Source: the human T2T-CHM13v2.0 reference genome, Homo sapiens
Assembly (NCBI RefSeq): GCF_009914755.1
Contig: NC_060927.1
Reading direction: 5' to 3' (one strand)
Length of the DNA stretch: 64,000 nt
Under the pieces are notes generated by a model. It had not been told where the DNA came from, searched no databases, and saw only the letters and a list, made by a program, of their open reading frames with translations. Below, in pieces: positions 1 to 17,049 of the stretch. How positions within the stretch are numbered: the first letter of the stretch is position 1; every line of letters begins with the position of its first letter. Both the position numbers and the translations under genes were made by a program.

Positions 1-1960
<1,960 letters not shown>

Positions 1961-2002
1961 ATAATAATGTTAGCAAAAGTTTTCCTGTCTGTATTCTGAT
2001 TA

Positions 2003-2326
<324 letters not shown>

Positions 2327-2849
2327 TTACTGTCTGGGTAAAGCAAGTTATCCTTCATTATCCTTCTTTTAAGAAAAAAAAAAGCTTCCTTGACTGTTCT
2401 CAAATATCTTTTCTTTCAAGTGCAATTTAAAATCTTCCTGTCCAGTTTCAAAACATGCACATATACATGTATACTCACATGTGGATTTTGACTGAAATTC
2501 TACTCTGTCTTTAGGAAGATTAACATTTCAATGATGCTAAGTCACCTAAATAATGATGTCAGCCAAATATACAATTTACATATACACGACATTAAAAGTT
2601 TCTTTGGTAAAAGATTTCCCACGTTATTTTTCTGTACACATTATTTGGATTACTTGCTGTGATAAGTGTCTTTGTAGATGATAGAGCTTATATGTTTCTA
2701 GGCCTAAGAGTTCTCAGGATTCTACACAGTGATATGGCCACCTGTCTCACTATATTTTACTATCATTTCTCCACACTTTGCCTTTTATTCAAAATAGAAA
2801 AAATTATTTTTGATTATTAAGCAAATATTTTTTCTAAAAATACAAACAA

Positions 2850-3700
2850 TTTATTCAAGTGACAAATATTTATTGAGTATCTACTATGTGACATAATCAT
2901 GATCAAAAGGAGACATTGTTACTGCTCTCAGTTAAGTGAGGACTGGGGACATTAATCAAACACATGCCCAAATGAGTGCATAATTACCAGCTGAAATAAG
3001 GGCCGCTATGTTTTGCGAGAGCATGCATAAAACAATAAATAACAAAATTGCCTAACTGTGTCTAGGAGGGCTTGCAGAGGAAGAGATGGTGCTACAGCAG
3101 AGACTTAAAGAACAGTCACTGTTTTAGTCAGCCTGGGCTCCCATAGCAAGCTACCACACCCTGGATGGCTTAAACAGCGGTCATTTATTTCTTGTCATCT
3201 GTAGGCTTGGGAGTCCAAGATCAAGGTGCTAACTAGGGATGGTTGGATTCTTATTGAGGGCTCTATTCCTGGTTATGTCCTCAGATGCCTTTTGTTGGCA
3301 TGTGCACAGAAAGAGAGATCTTGCCTCTTCCTCTTTTGAAAGCACATCAATCCCATCTTGGGGACTCCACCTTCATGACATAAACTAACTGCAGTCACCT
3401 CCCAGAGGCTCCACCTTCAAATATCACCCAATTGGGGATTATTAGGACTTAAACATATGAATTTGGGGGACACATAAACATTCAATCTACAGCATTCTGC
3501 CCCAACTAAATGTGGCAGGTCGGACTTCAGAGGCAGAGAGGCAGCATATACAAAGGCCCTGTGGCAAGAGGGAAGATGGAGTGGAACTGAGAAGGGACCC
3601 CTGTTTAGGGCATTTGGAGATTTAGGGAGGAAGTATCCAAGGAGGCCTGTAGCAGTCCATCATGTAGGATCTTCCCCAAACGCTGTGATAGGAGTTGCAG
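2850..3700. mobile_element. L2 fragment interrupted by an MLT1 LTR
   Basis: L2 3'-end phrase CAAATATTTATTGAGTATCTACTATGTG at ~2863. Purine-rich L2-like sequence (CAAAGGCCCTGTGGCAAGAG) resumes after 3500. Confidence 0.55.
3120..3494 (-). mobile_element. MLT1 (ERVL-MaLR) solo LTR
   Basis: TG...CA termini, plus GGCTTAAACA..ATTTATTTCTT, AGTCCAAGATCAAGGTGC and ACATATGAATTTGGGGGACACA. Confidence 0.8.
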
Positions 3701-3725
3701 CCTTAGAGCAATGGGAAACCTTTCA

Positions 3726-3729
<4 letters not shown>

Positions 3730-3783
<54 letters not shown>
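3730..3783. repeat. (TG)n microsatellite, ~27 units
   Basis: Seen directly. Confidence 0.98.
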
Positions 3784-3784
<1 letters not shown>

Positions 3785-4079
3785 GTGCACACAGAGAGAT
3801 GCACACGTGTGGCCCGAAAGTGATGGATTTGAATTTTAGAAAAATAGCCTGGCTTTTCCTTAGCCTTTTCCTTCCAATATCTTTCCTTGCCTTCTTTAGA
3901 AATAACTTTCTTGGATTTCTTCCTGTTTTCTTTCACCAAAAAGCCATTAAGCAGACTCAACCAGGGTAGATGTTCTAAACAAGGGAGGCAAGCCCTAGCA
4001 GAGATCAGGACCCATGTGTGAATGGGCTGCTGGCTCAGCAAGATTGAGAGACAAGCTATATACAGGGAGATTTAAAAAT

Positions 4080-5230
4080 AAATTTGAAATAATGGAAACT
4101 GTGGGAACAGAGGTATAAATATGGAAAGCATAAAAGCTAGAATGAATTGTATGCTGTGGAATCAAAATTGGAGGTATTAGTGTGAACCGGTGGTTTTAAA
4201 TATATAGAAATGGAGAAATAAATATAGGCTGAGAGTGGCTTTGAAGCAGTAACATCTACATAGCAAGGAGTACAGCTGGCTCTCAGATCTTGGATTCCAT
4301 ATACTCCCCTAAAAGCAACCAGGACTCATTAGAGACATGGCCCCTTCCAAGGCCTGGAGAGGGAAAATGTGAGATGAGACCAACACATCTTTTTTTTGTG
4401 CCAGAAAATGAGAAAGTACTCAAAGAATAATGGGAACATACAACAAAAACAACATCCAGCTTGAAGGGCCTCCAAATCTGGATAATTTGAGCCTCACAAT
4501 ATATAATAATAGTAACAAGTTATAATCTACTGAATAAGATGGGGGCTATTGAGTCCACACTAATATGCATATAAATGAACAAATAGAAACAAGAGAAAGC
4601 TCTTCCCTGTAGAGGAAAGAATGATGATGTTAGAAACTCACTATTTGGCAACCATCAGATTAATAGCTAATTCAGATAAGAAACATAAATGGATGCTTAA
4701 ACTTAAGGTGAACATCAGGAGAGAAACAGGATTTTACATATCTTCAAAGTTTCTCCCCCCAAAATATTTATTTATTACAAAGAGGGAGAAAGTAACTTTA
4801 CAGAGAAGTTTGGCAAATGCCATCTGAATCAAGTGATTAAAGTCAACATCAGCAATAATAGGACAGGTAAATATTCTGTGCAACTTAGAGGATGCAATGA
4901 AAAGAACATAATACTTGCAATACTCTGTTCAAAATTTATAACTTGGGTCTCATCATGAGAAAACATCAGACTACCTAAAACTGAGGTACATTCTATTGAA
5001 TGTGTGGCCTATGCGCTTCAAAAAATGTTAGGGTCGTGAAAGTCAAGGAGACAGAGAAACTGCTCCAGATTGAGGGGCATGATACTGGGTATACCATGTG
5101 ATCCTTAACAGGACATCTCTAGGACAATTGTTGGGCTGGAATAGGGTGCCTAAGGGAAGAGTGTACAGGCATTCATTGTAGTATTCTTGCAACTTTTATA
5201 GATATTTGAAGTTGTCTCAAAATAAAATAT
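4080..5230 (+). mobile_element. Old L1M (L1MC/MD-like) 3' fragment
   Basis: A-rich segment with AATCAAGTGATTAAAGTCAACATCAGC, CATGAGAAAACATCAGAC and GTATTCTTGCAACTTTT. Boundaries approximate. Confidence 0.6.
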
Positions 5231-5239
5231 ATATATTTT

Positions 5240-6200
5240 TAAATTTACCTTGACTGCAGCATGGAGGATGGGTGGGAGAGGCACTAGTAGAGACAGGAAG
5301 ATGCATCAGGAGGCTACGGGGCAATGGGCCTGGGATGCAGCAAATGAATCCCAGAAGTTCTAGTGGGGTGATGCAGAAGGACTTGACAGCAGATGCCACT
5401 TACAGGTGAAAGTGACAGATGGCGGAGGATGACTCCAAGTATCCAGCCTGTGCCTCTGGATGGGTGATGGCTCCATTCTCTGAGAGTGAGGATGCTGGAG
5501 AGAAATTGGTTGAAGGAGTAGAAGAGTTGGGAATAGATTGTGGGTTTGGTTCAGAATAGTTATTCTCAAATTCTCAATTCTCAAATTCTCAAATGTTGTT
5601 GAGTATCAGATTTACCTGGAGAGTTAATACAGAGCACAGAGGCACAGACTCATTGAAGTAGAATAGTCTGGACCTTTTCATTGTTACTAAAATTTTCCAT
5701 ATGATTTTGATACTTAGAAAATTCTGAGAGACACTTGTTTAAACATTTTGACTTTTATATGTCTATAGGATATCACAGTAGAGCTGCTGAATAGGGAGCT
5801 GAATATGTGGGTTTGGGGCATAGAGGAGAAGTCCAAATGAAGATGCACATTTAGGAGTCATCGTTGGCATACAAACAGAAACAAAACAGTGCGTGCAAAT
5901 GTACTTCATTTGGGAAAGGATAGAATGGGAAAAGAGCCTGGTTCTGGACATGAAGGAGCCCAGTTTGCCAATACAGATGTACATAAGATAGGAACAGTAG
6001 CTGTCCAATTGTCCCTTCCTCCTGACAGTCAATTAAGAAATAAGAATTTGCCATAAACCCAACCTCCTCACTTTTGGATGAGGAATCCACAGCCCAGAGT
6101 GGTCAAGTGAGTTACTCAAGCCACACAGCGTGCTATTGCAGCGGCAGCTTTGGCCCTTCCATCTCGTTCTCCAGACTCTGAGTCCAATGCTCAGGACACT
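5240..6200. mobile_element. L2 fragments with an inserted MER5-like piece, followed by MIR
   Basis: L2 phrases (GGAGGATGACTCCAAGT, AAGAGCCTGGTTCTGGAC), MER5-like ends (TTCTCAAA...TCAGATTTACCTGGAG) and a MIR core (GATGAGGAATC..AGCCCAGAGTGGTCAAGTGA). Confidence 0.5.
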
Positions 6201-6559
6201 GTGATTCCCTCTCTGGCCCCACAGTGTGCCAGACTCCCTGCTCAACTTTGGTCATTTGTGATGTTCTAGAAAGCCTGTTTCTCTGGCTTTACTTTTCCCT
6301 CTTTTCCTCTCAAAGGCCCAGCAAAGGATTCTCTGTAGAGTCCAAATCAGCCGTCATCTTTGCCACTGGCTCTACTGGCCCTTGGATGAGGCACAGAGAC
6401 GCGGTGGTATTGCATCCCTCTCCACCCCATGTACAGGCAGAGATGGGCAGACACTTAACTTTTACTTATTCTTGATTTTCAGCTTTACTTCTTTGCATTT
6501 ACTTTTTTCATAGTTACTCTAGAACTAACATAATAATATGTAACATATGCATATATAAT

Positions 6560-8250
6560 ATATACGTCTTAATTTTTCCTAGTCTACTTTGAGTTCATAT
6601 TGTACCACTTTACATAAAATGTAGAGACCACATAATCATATCATATAGATCCATTTAACCATCCACTCCCACTGCTCTTTATGTTATCATTGTTATATAT
6701 GTTCCATCTACATACATTTATAGTCCCAAAGACAATGTTACAATTTTTGCTTTAAACAGCCATGTGTATTTTAAAGAAATCAAGAGGAAAATGTTTTACA
6801 TTGCCTCAAAATAGTTATCATTTCTCTTGTTCTTCCTTTATTCCTGAAGATCCAGGTTTCCCTCTGGCATCATTCCTTCAGTCTGAAGAACTACCTTTAA
6901 CATTTTTTGTAGTGCAGGTCTCTGGCAATGCATTTCTTAGTTTTCTTTATCAGAGAAATGTCTATATTTTGCATTTATTACTGAAATATATTTTTGCTAG
7001 ATATACACTTCTGGTTTATAGTTTGGGTTTTCTTTCATCACTTTAACATTGTTGTTTCATTGTCTTGTGGTTGCCATGGCTTCTGATGAGAAATCCCACA
7101 GTTACTTGAATCATTGTTCTCCTACATATATATAAGTATGCACACACACATATATATTCATATTCGTATACGCATTGTGTCATATTTCTCTGGCTGCTTC
7201 CAAGATTTTCTCATTATCTTTAGTTTTTACCTTGGCTATGATATGCCTGAGCATACTTTTTTCCCCAAATTTATCCTGTTTGAGGTTCCCTATGCTTTAT
7301 AAGATCTGTAAATGTCTGTCTTTCAGTGTATTTGCAAAGTTTTCAGCCATATTCTTCAAATATCATTTTTGTTCTTTTTTCCTCCTTCTGGTAGGGCTGC
7401 AGTTATCTAGAGGGAGAAGTTTTGAAAATGTTCCACAGGTTCCTGAGGCTCTGTTCATTATTTTCCCTGATTTTTTCTTCTCTTTTTCAGGTCTACTTTC
7501 AAACTCATTGATTTTATCATTTGCCATCTTTGTTTTGTTTCTGAGCCCTTCCGGTGACTTTTTTCTAATAATTGTATGTTTTAGAGCTATATTTTCTAAT
7601 TAATCCTTTTTTATAGTTTTCAGAATCTCAGCTGATATTTTATCTTTTTATCATTCATAAGCATATTTTTCTTTACCTCATTGACCATAGCTACCATAGC
7701 AGCTTTAAAATCTTTGATAATGTTAACATCTGGGTGGTCCTGGGATTAGCATCTTATTTGTTTTTTCCCATGAAAATGGGAGACATTTCTCTGGCTCTTT
7801 ATACATCTAGAAGTTTGGGATTATAAACATGAACGTTATGATGTGGTGATTGGATTCTGCTACACTGAACCAGAGTGTTGGTATTTTTGGTTTAGCAGGA
7901 AATTAACTTGGTTAGACTCAATCTGTAAACTCTGTCATGTTTGCAGTGGGCAACAGCTCTTTATGGTTTTCAATCCGTCTTATACATGCGTGTTTCGGGG
8001 GTCAGCTAGAAAATTGGGAAAACTTTATACACAGAATTTGGTATTACCTTTCCCTTGTTATCTTGTTTCTAGGGATTCTCCCTCAACTCTCCAGCAGCCC
8101 TAATTGTGCTGAATTCGTTCCCTTGGTTCCTCCAGTCAGAAAGACAGTGGGGTTTTCTATTGGGGTTTGAGCCACTGAGCAGACTATGGCTGCCCTTAGG
8201 GAAAAACTACAGAAGATAAAACCTTGTGCTGTTCAGTTTCCAGAAACTTC
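6560..8250 (-). mobile_element. Old L1M fragment
   Basis: T-rich antisense L1 sequence (TTTCTGATGAGAAATC, TTCAAGATTTTCTC, AAGTTTTCAGCCAT, CCACAGGTTCCTGAGGCTCTGTTCATT). Confidence 0.7.
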
Positions 8251-10595
8251 AGTTCATTTTTCCTGTATTTTCTTTTTCCTTCTCTTGTGTTTTTCTTCCT
8301 TTGTTGTTTGCTAGAGTCCATTTGTTAGAAACATACTGGACACCAAAAGTGGAACATTCAGCTTATCCCCCTAATCAGCAGTTCTATAAGACAGTACTTA
8401 AGACCTCTCTACTCCATCTTAATTCCCCTATTTTATGCAGTTCTTTCAAGATCTTTTTAACATCACCATCTTCTAATACATCTGGTTTTACTTTGTAAGT
8501 GAAGACCTCGTTAATAGCTATTAAAGTTTTCTAGTTTTTCCTACCAGGTCCTCAAACTTCATCTCTCACTCTGCCTTAATTCTCCACCTTGTTTTCCCCC
8601 AGGGGTTCCTTCTGTTTTAGATCGCTATTTCTAGCCCCAGGAGCATTTCCTTCCCAAGAAGCTCCTGAAATAATGAACAGACCGAATTTTCTCCTTTGCG
8701 CTTTCTTATGATTGGAATAAATCCACTAAACTAAGGAATAGTTCTGAACTGCTACTAATATTCCTGCTCTTTAAGAGAAACAGACAAATGAGCTAGGCTG
8801 GACTCTGAACACTTGCATGGTTTACGCAACTTTGTTTTTGGCAGGTATATTTCTGAATGTCGTTATGTGTGTTCAAATAAACATTCCCATGCTTCTGTTA
8901 TAGACTAGTTCTTGATGTTTGACCTCACAGGTCACCTTCTCATTATTACTGGTTCTGTCTAATGTTACCAAGAGAAAAGAGGGCATACACATACCAGGAA
9001 AGGTGTCACATCTTTGATTAACTTATTGCATTTGGAGCTCACGTACACACTCACAAACTTGATCTTTACCTTTTATCAGCTGACATTGGTGGGCAGAGCT
9101 CCAACAGGATCCCACAAATCTCTGGATAGCAGCTTTATGCTGGTTAAATCAAAAGCTCTATTTCAGCATGGCTTTCTTTCTCTTCTGATCAGTAGGAAGA
9201 GGCCCATCCAGTCCCTCTGTGAGCATAATTTTCCCTTCTTAGTATTCAGTCAAGTTCCTTCTGCTAAAGTAGTGTCAACTTTCCCATCCTTCAGAGCCCC
9301 CAGGCTGTCTCTCCAAGAAGCCTCCAGCTTTGCTCGAGCCTTCTGCACAGCCGTGCTCTCTGCAGGCCTCCCTGTATTATCATGAATTGCATTAAGTCTT
9401 CAAGGCGCCTCTGATCTCCCTCAGCCCCTTCCCCTTTGACTCCTCTTGCAGCTCCTTCCTCTTGTCTCAAACTCCCGGTTCCTCTCACACTCTGTGTTTC
9501 TGCCACTTCTGAGACTCCCTTTCTTCCAAGCCCGCCAGTTCCTCCTCCTCCTTACTTTCTCTCTTCTCATGTCAGCTGATGTTCTCTGCCCTGCTGCTGT
9601 TTCCTTCTGGGAACTGCAAACAGAACCATTCCTTGGCCATCTGCCCCCTCCTCTCAGGCCATTTGCCCCCTGTGCTCTTGTCCTTCCTGGATCATTGTCC
9701 CTTTGTCAGCTCTTCCTCACATGCTGCCCTGGTGGTTGCTGCCCCTCTTTCCCACATTAACTGCTTAGATCCACTTGGGGACAGCTCAGCTCTTCCATTT
9801 CCTCTAGAATCTGCTCCATCTGCATCAGACTCATTTCTGGTACTGCTCTAGGGCACCAGGCATGAAGGGTCCAGCCTCCCCTCATGGGACAAGGGACAGC
9901 CTTTCTACAAGGGTAATCTCTGTAAGCACCTGGTGCCATGGCCCATCCTGAACCTGCTGGAGGAAGCCAGGCCTGTCACTCATGTGCGCTCCAGAGGTCT
10001 TTGTTCTGTGACGAATTTCAGTCATCCCAGGTCATGGTGTAGGCAGCACCCTCATCTCACCACCACCAACCCCACACACACCCATTATCCATTATTCCCA
10101 TGAATTATTGTCTCAGCTGCAGCCTCCATCCTCGCTGTGCTTCCAGGAGAGAGCATGCATTTCAGCCACAATCGCTTCCATGCTGAAATCTGTAGGGCCC
10201 TTCCTTTCACAAAATTTGGCCTTCATTCATGATATTGTACTGCCCAATTGATCCCTGTGTTCAGCAATGTCGCCTGAGAAAGGGGCAAAAAGACCATTTC
10301 TAGAACTTTCTTTCCCAGCATGGTGTGGTGAAATAGTTCTTTGGCATGGTACGAGGAATGCAGGGTTTGGATCACACTATGCTTTATGAACTTGGGCCTA
10401 GTTCTCTTCATCCATAAAATGGGGTTTGTATGATTTTGTTAGATTTGTAAAAACCCATCTGATAAACTGGTGAACATGCTAGGACAAGTTCCGTCCTGGT
10501 CACAGCTTATATGAGTGTTGTGGATGCTACCATAAGTGCTTCCCCATCTCTCAGAATCCCTATCCCATGGCAAGAGATGGCAGATGTACAGTTTT

Positions 10596-10905
<310 letters not shown>

Positions 10906-11138
10906 CAGATGTACATTTTAAAGCTAACTAGCGAAAAGGATCCTATAACTTTCTCACTTTCCAGTCACTCTATAACAGAAAACAATAAGGCAGACAGCCA
11001 CCAGAAATCCAGAAAAGCTGATATTCGCGAAGGAAAATTGAGGACCTCGTGGCAGGATCACCATGGGAAAATTCTGAGGAAACCCTGTCAAGAGAGAACA
11101 GGGGAAAAGAAACTAAAATGACTGTGTCCATTGAAACC

Positions 11139-11322
11139 TGTGGTTCTCATGCTTCCCTGGGGACCAGAGTTTCCTGGAGGGCTTGTAAAGACACAGACTG
11201 CTAGGCCCCACCCAAGAGTTTCTGATTCATGGATCTGAGGTGGAGCCTAGGAATCTGCATGTCACGTGAGTTCCCAGATGATGCCGATCCTGCTAGTCCT
11301 GGAGGCCACTTGAAAAACCTCT
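11139..11322. mobile_element. MER5A (hAT-Charlie MITE)
   Basis: GTGGTTCTCA...ACACAGACTGCTAGGCCCCACCC..GAGTTTCTGATTCA..GGAATCTGCAT..CCCAGATGATGC..CACTTGAAAAACC. Confidence 0.8.
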
Positions 11323-11702
11323 TCATTGAAACCGTTTCAGGGAGCATGAATTTTATTTCACAAACTTGCATTGTAAGAAATGTCAATTACCGTATTTCTC
11401 AAAAATCCAAGTAAATCTGACACCAAATCCCCATCCTGTCAGGCTGGAAAAGAAAGTATATTTTCAGTCATCTTAGAACTTCTCCTTCTCCAAGCCCAGG
11501 GAAGCATGAAGGCCCCAGACCACACTTGGGCTCCAGCATCTTTTCACGGGGTGGCAACACCTGTGCTGTGACTCAACTTCCCAGATGCCCACCCAGCCAT
11601 CACGTTGTCTGAGACCGAGGAGACAGCGAGGGCACAGGGCCAGTAGGTGCCGCCAGCACAAAGCTCCACACCAGCATCTACCTCTAGGTCCTGGGACCCT
11701 CA

Positions 11703-12212
<510 letters not shown>

Positions 12213-12866
12213 CTACACCACTGAAACAAAAATATGCAAATTAACACCTCAGTCATTTCCATTGTTATGCACCTATCAGTGAACCACATGCCCTGTTAAC
12301 TGGGGTGAATCTCAACAAAGAGGACTTTCTTGCATCACTTTGGTTGCAAAGCCCCATCTTTTCTAAGTAAATCACTGTTCAAGGAAAGAAGGCAGTTCGG
12401 TGTGCCTGATGGGGGTCACCTGTGTCTGGAATTAAAAGGTCTTTTCTCGGCAGGGAACTTGCTAGGGTGTCTTTCAAAGAGGGGATCCATAAGAGAAAAG
12501 GTCAAGAGGATGCCAAAACCTTAGCCTTAGGGGCCATTCCCTTCCTCCTGCCAGGCCCTAGACCTGACCTGCACAGGAGATGTGGGTGCCACAAACAGCC
12601 CGAGACCTTCTTGGCTTTGACGCAGCCAAGATGAGTAGCAGACCTGCCACCACTGTCCCTGGTAGCAGCAGGGCACTGAGGGCAGTGCTGGGGGTAGGCA
12701 TCACCGTGTCCACACTGCCCAGACATTGCCGCTCCACCAGGGACCAGCAGTGCTATGCAGAGTCCTCATGGGTAGAAAATGGTTAGGGTTAGGGGAACTC
12801 TGTGATGAGGACAAAAAGACTTTGTGAACTTCCCCTAAAGCCTGCAATGAATAACTCCCATCAGTA

Positions 12867-12867
<1 letters not shown>

Positions 12868-12923
<56 letters not shown>

Positions 12924-12943
12924 GGGAGAGAGAGAGAGAGAGA
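12868..12943. repeat. Compound (CA)n-(GA)n microsatellite
   Basis: Seen directly. Confidence 0.97.
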
Positions 12944-14682
12944 TGTGTGTAGTGTAGTTATGCACATGTTGTTACGCAAAGCATAGTTAGAGATACACAG
13001 TGAAATTCAGAGCGATGTACACACAGAACTATACGCAATCACCCAGGGCTACCCAGAAACATACAAGTACAGGCACAAACATTCCGAGTAGGCACCAGGT
13101 AATAGCTGGACTTTTTTCTCTCATTACCCCTGAGCAGTGAGTTTGACTGCAACAGTACTCTGTTTCAGATTTTTTTAATAATGCACTTAGTACATTATAA
13201 AATGTGCAAAGAAAGCAGAAAATTATCTCCAAGATAATCCTTTCTGCAAGATTTTCAGGAAAAAGCTGTCTGCACTTTGCTGCACCACTGTAAGAAGTTG
13301 CTTCTCAGTCGGGTCGATCCATCTGCCTGATAGATTTTGGCTAAGGCTATGACCTTCATCTGTCAGAACGGGCAAGGTTTACTGGCTTTCTGTCCAGTGA
13401 CCCCAGGTCCAGCTTTACTTCTCCCCATAGCTCCTGGCAGTATTTACATTTAAATCATAGTTTTCTTCTCTTCTGATTCATGGCCTGCCTCATGAGGCAG
13501 TTTTCAAATTATGATTTCTTACTCATCTTTCAATCATTGAGCTTGGGTAGCAGGGCTGTCTCTTGGGTGGGTAGGAAAGTGGAGAGGGATGAAGACAAGC
13601 AAAGACAAGACAGAGAGACCCTTTAATTGAAGCCAGGATAAAACTGAGTCCTGGTCCCCTGGAAATTCTGCTCTAACATTAATTAAGCTGAGAGTAAAAT
13701 AATTCAAATGCCACTCTATCCCCTTTTCCACCACTCAAATAATTCTTCTTCAGGCAGATTTGGCTCCTCCTTGCTCTGATATCTCTCCCTGGGTCACTTT
13801 GTTACCAATGCTCAGTTAGGGATATCAGGCCCTGACTGAAATTCCCTTTTGAAAAAGACTCAGCATAATTATTCTTAGTAATGCCTGTATATTATTAGCA
13901 TGGGTGGGATCAGTATGGAATTTCAGAGCCTGAGCCAGCGTGTACCCAGGGACTGGAACAAGGAGTGGGTCAGGTTTCTCAGAAAACACATCTCTCCATT
14001 CTGGGCCCCACAGGGGTGTGATATGCAAAGCCCTCTTCCTCAATATGCCTGTCATCATGTGGGAGGGGCCAGCCACCTGGGTGCAGGCCCATGCAGTGCC
14101 TCTACTGGCTGTTCTCCTAGCCAATACATATTTTTAAAGCAGCTAATATGTGCATAACACTGCAGTTAACAAAACAGGTAGTTCCTGAGCTCCTCCAGTT
14201 TCCTTCCTAGCAAAAAAAGACAGACATTAAACAACTAATTATGCAAGTAATTATATAATTGCAATTGTTAGGTGCTATGGCGGAGAAGCATATATCAAGC
14301 GTGTATCACAAGACCCTGAAGAAGGAACACCTGTGTTGAAGCCCAAGGACGAAAAGGGGTTAATTAGGGTAAGAGCATGGCCAGTGCCTCCCTCATGGGA
14401 ATGATCCCAGAGCTGGACACAGACTCTGCTTGCTCAGCAAGGACAGAGTGTGGAGGAGAGGAGGGAGTTGGAGGAGCCTGAGCTCAAGCACAGGTGGGGG
14501 AAGAGTTGCCCTCCCACAGAAAAGGCCCAAGAGATACTGAAAGAAACTGAGGTAGACGTAAGCCTCAGCAGAACAGAGGAGGCTAGAAAGTACTTGATGT
14601 GCTTACTGGATAGTGAACAGGAGGCCTACTTGGCTAGTGTTTGGAAAAGAGTGTGAAAGGTGTGTTAGCTCTGGAAGGGCCC

Positions 14683-15095
14683 TGGGATCAGTTGAATTGT
14701 ATCCCTCCCAAAAAGATACATTGGAGTCCTTACCTCTGGCACCTGTGAATGTGACCTTATTTGGAAATAGGCTTTTGCAGATGTAATCAAGTTAAGAATG
14801 ATGTCATAATGCATTAGGATTAAGTCTAAGTCCAATCACTGGAGTCATTAAAGAAGGGGGATTAGACAAAGACACACAAGGAGAAGATGGCCATGTGATG
14901 GCAGAGGCAGAGGTTGGGTGATGCCAAGGAATGTCAAGGTTTGCTGGCAAACACCAGAAACTAGAAGGAGCAAGTCAGGATTCTCCCCTGGAGGTTTCAG
15001 AGAGAGAATAGCCCTGCGAAAGCCTTGATTTCAGACTTGCAGCATAAGATTTTAGAAAAATGTAAAAAACAAAAAATCTTTATAACTCTTGGTTG
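14683..15095 (+). mobile_element. MLT1 (MLT1C-like) solo LTR
   Basis: GAATGTGACCTTATTTGGAAATAGG..TTTGCAGATGTAATCAAGTTAAG; GGCCATGTGATGGCAGAGGCAGAG; CCTTGATTTCAGACTT. Confidence 0.85.
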
Positions 15096-17049
15096 TTATG
15101 TTCACTGAGTTGGCAATGTAATTTTGCAGAAGCATTGCCTTCCAAGAGCTGTGACCACAAGATGTTAAATAACAGGGACTCCTCCGGTTTCTAAAGCCCT
15201 GATCAGCCTTGATACTGTAGGAGTCTGCAAATCTGTCCAGTTCTGTAAGAGTCCTGTGCATTGTTACAGAAATTGATAAGGAAGGCGGGGATCTTGTCCC
15301 ATGCACCCAGACTAATAGGGCTCCAGAATGTTGTAGGGTTTGCCTTATGGGCCCTATACAGAGCAGAATTCCCTCACAAAGAAGGCCTCTGGATCTAGCA
15401 CATCTGTGTAGGCAAAATGTTTATCCAGGTAAGGGTAACTAGGCCCTTCAATTCAGCTCTCCAAGAGTACACAGGCAAGAGTTTTTTCTAAAGACCCTGG
15501 TAGCTCAAAACCAGCACTATCAAGGCTAATCACATTATACTTCCTATGGGAATGCTGAATTCAACAATCTGAAGGTAGTCAAGAAACTCATCCAGTATAG
15601 GCTACAGATGTCTAGGGAAAAGAGAGAGTGAGTCCAAGTCAAAGCAAGGGGGAAAGAGAGCAGCTGAGTGAGGAAGGGAAAGACAAGGGCATGGCCAATC
15701 AAAGGCTGCTCTGCGGATGCTCACCCCGCAGGCATTCTAGCTGCAGGGGGAATATGCAGGAATGATTTCAGAAATGAAGATTTTATTTTAATCCTCCCAC
15801 AAAAGCATTCAAGTAAGCTCTTTCTCTGTGAGAAAGCTAGAGAGTAAGAAACAGGAAAGGAAGGTTCTCAGCGAAAAGATCCATGTCGACTTCTAATATT
15901 GCTCACTTAGAGAATACATGCCATCTGGGCATTTGATAAAAAGAAAAAAGGGCGTAGAGAAAAGCTCAAAGCCATGGATTCTGCTTGTGAGTGCAAGGTG
16001 CTCGCCTTTCCTCATGGCCAGCTCTTTCCTTTGTTGGAGGCCTTTTTTTTTTTTTTTTTTCCTGGTCAGCAATGACTTTTTCAAAGTGACCTGTCAAGTC
16101 TTCCTTTCTTTATTCCCTGTGGCCAAGGAGCCAAGCAGTGGGCAAAGAGGAGAGAAGAGGAGAGGACCCAGGTGACAAGGGCAAGGCTGGTATTTTATTC
16201 ATTAATTGTCTGAGTGTTATCTATAAAATGCGAACTCACAGCCCACTTGTGCCTGAGGCTGACCCCAGCATACTCACAACTTGCTACTCCAAGCCAGAGA
16301 GGACAAGAATACCTGCCTTGTCTTCATAGATTTTCATACTGTCTCTTAGAGGTGCATGTTTTGGGCACAAAATCCAGGGCTTTCTGGCCCATGACTTAGT
16401 CAGGAGTGGTCATGGGTCTCTCACTTTAGCCCTGTCATTTTGAAAACCTTTTCCTTTGGAAAGGAATTTGGCCCGTTCCAGGGACTATTGAAGACAACAG
16501 AAAACCAAAGAGCTAAGCAATTAAGTTTATGTGCTTCTAAATTGACATCCCCAATAAAATGATATGAAATGGCTTTGTAGCTGGATATTCTACCCTGAGA
16601 AATTAGAAGGGCAAAAGTTTGGCCAAGAAGGGGATGGGGAGTGGGTGGAAAATATTTTAATATCACTTTAAGATAGCATGTGTTCTTCCCAATTTTCTTC
16701 CCATTGCATAGGCTATGGTTCTATTATCCAAAAATAATGATTATTTACCTTACTATTCTATACTAGTTCTCTGTACTAGAAAATTATTTTAGTAAGCAAA
16801 TTAGGCACCATCACTTAAACCTCATTATTCATTTTTGTTGTTGTTTATTTGTTTTGACTTTTGGTATCCATTACCGTACTAGTAATCATTATCTTCAATA
16901 ATAAACACAATGAACTCATTCTTTCCTTGTTCTATTTTTCAATGTTTTTATCACATTTCCAATCATTTAGCATAGTAAGTCCCAGGAGCTCTAATGACAG
17001 ACAATCTAACGCACAGGACTTAACAGGAGATAATTCTGAATGGTGGCCC

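Noticed and set aside
5562-5593. Short direct repeats ATTCTCAA x4 (also TATCTCATGTCC x2 near 42328 and CCCCTACCACCAC x2 near 386)
   Set aside because: Ordinary slippage duplications with no spacers; not CRISPR-like, and the DNA is eukaryotic.
9400-9850. Strongly pyrimidine-skewed tract
   Set aside because: No mirror symmetry or periodicity was seen. Most likely a decayed L2 or low-complexity sequence.
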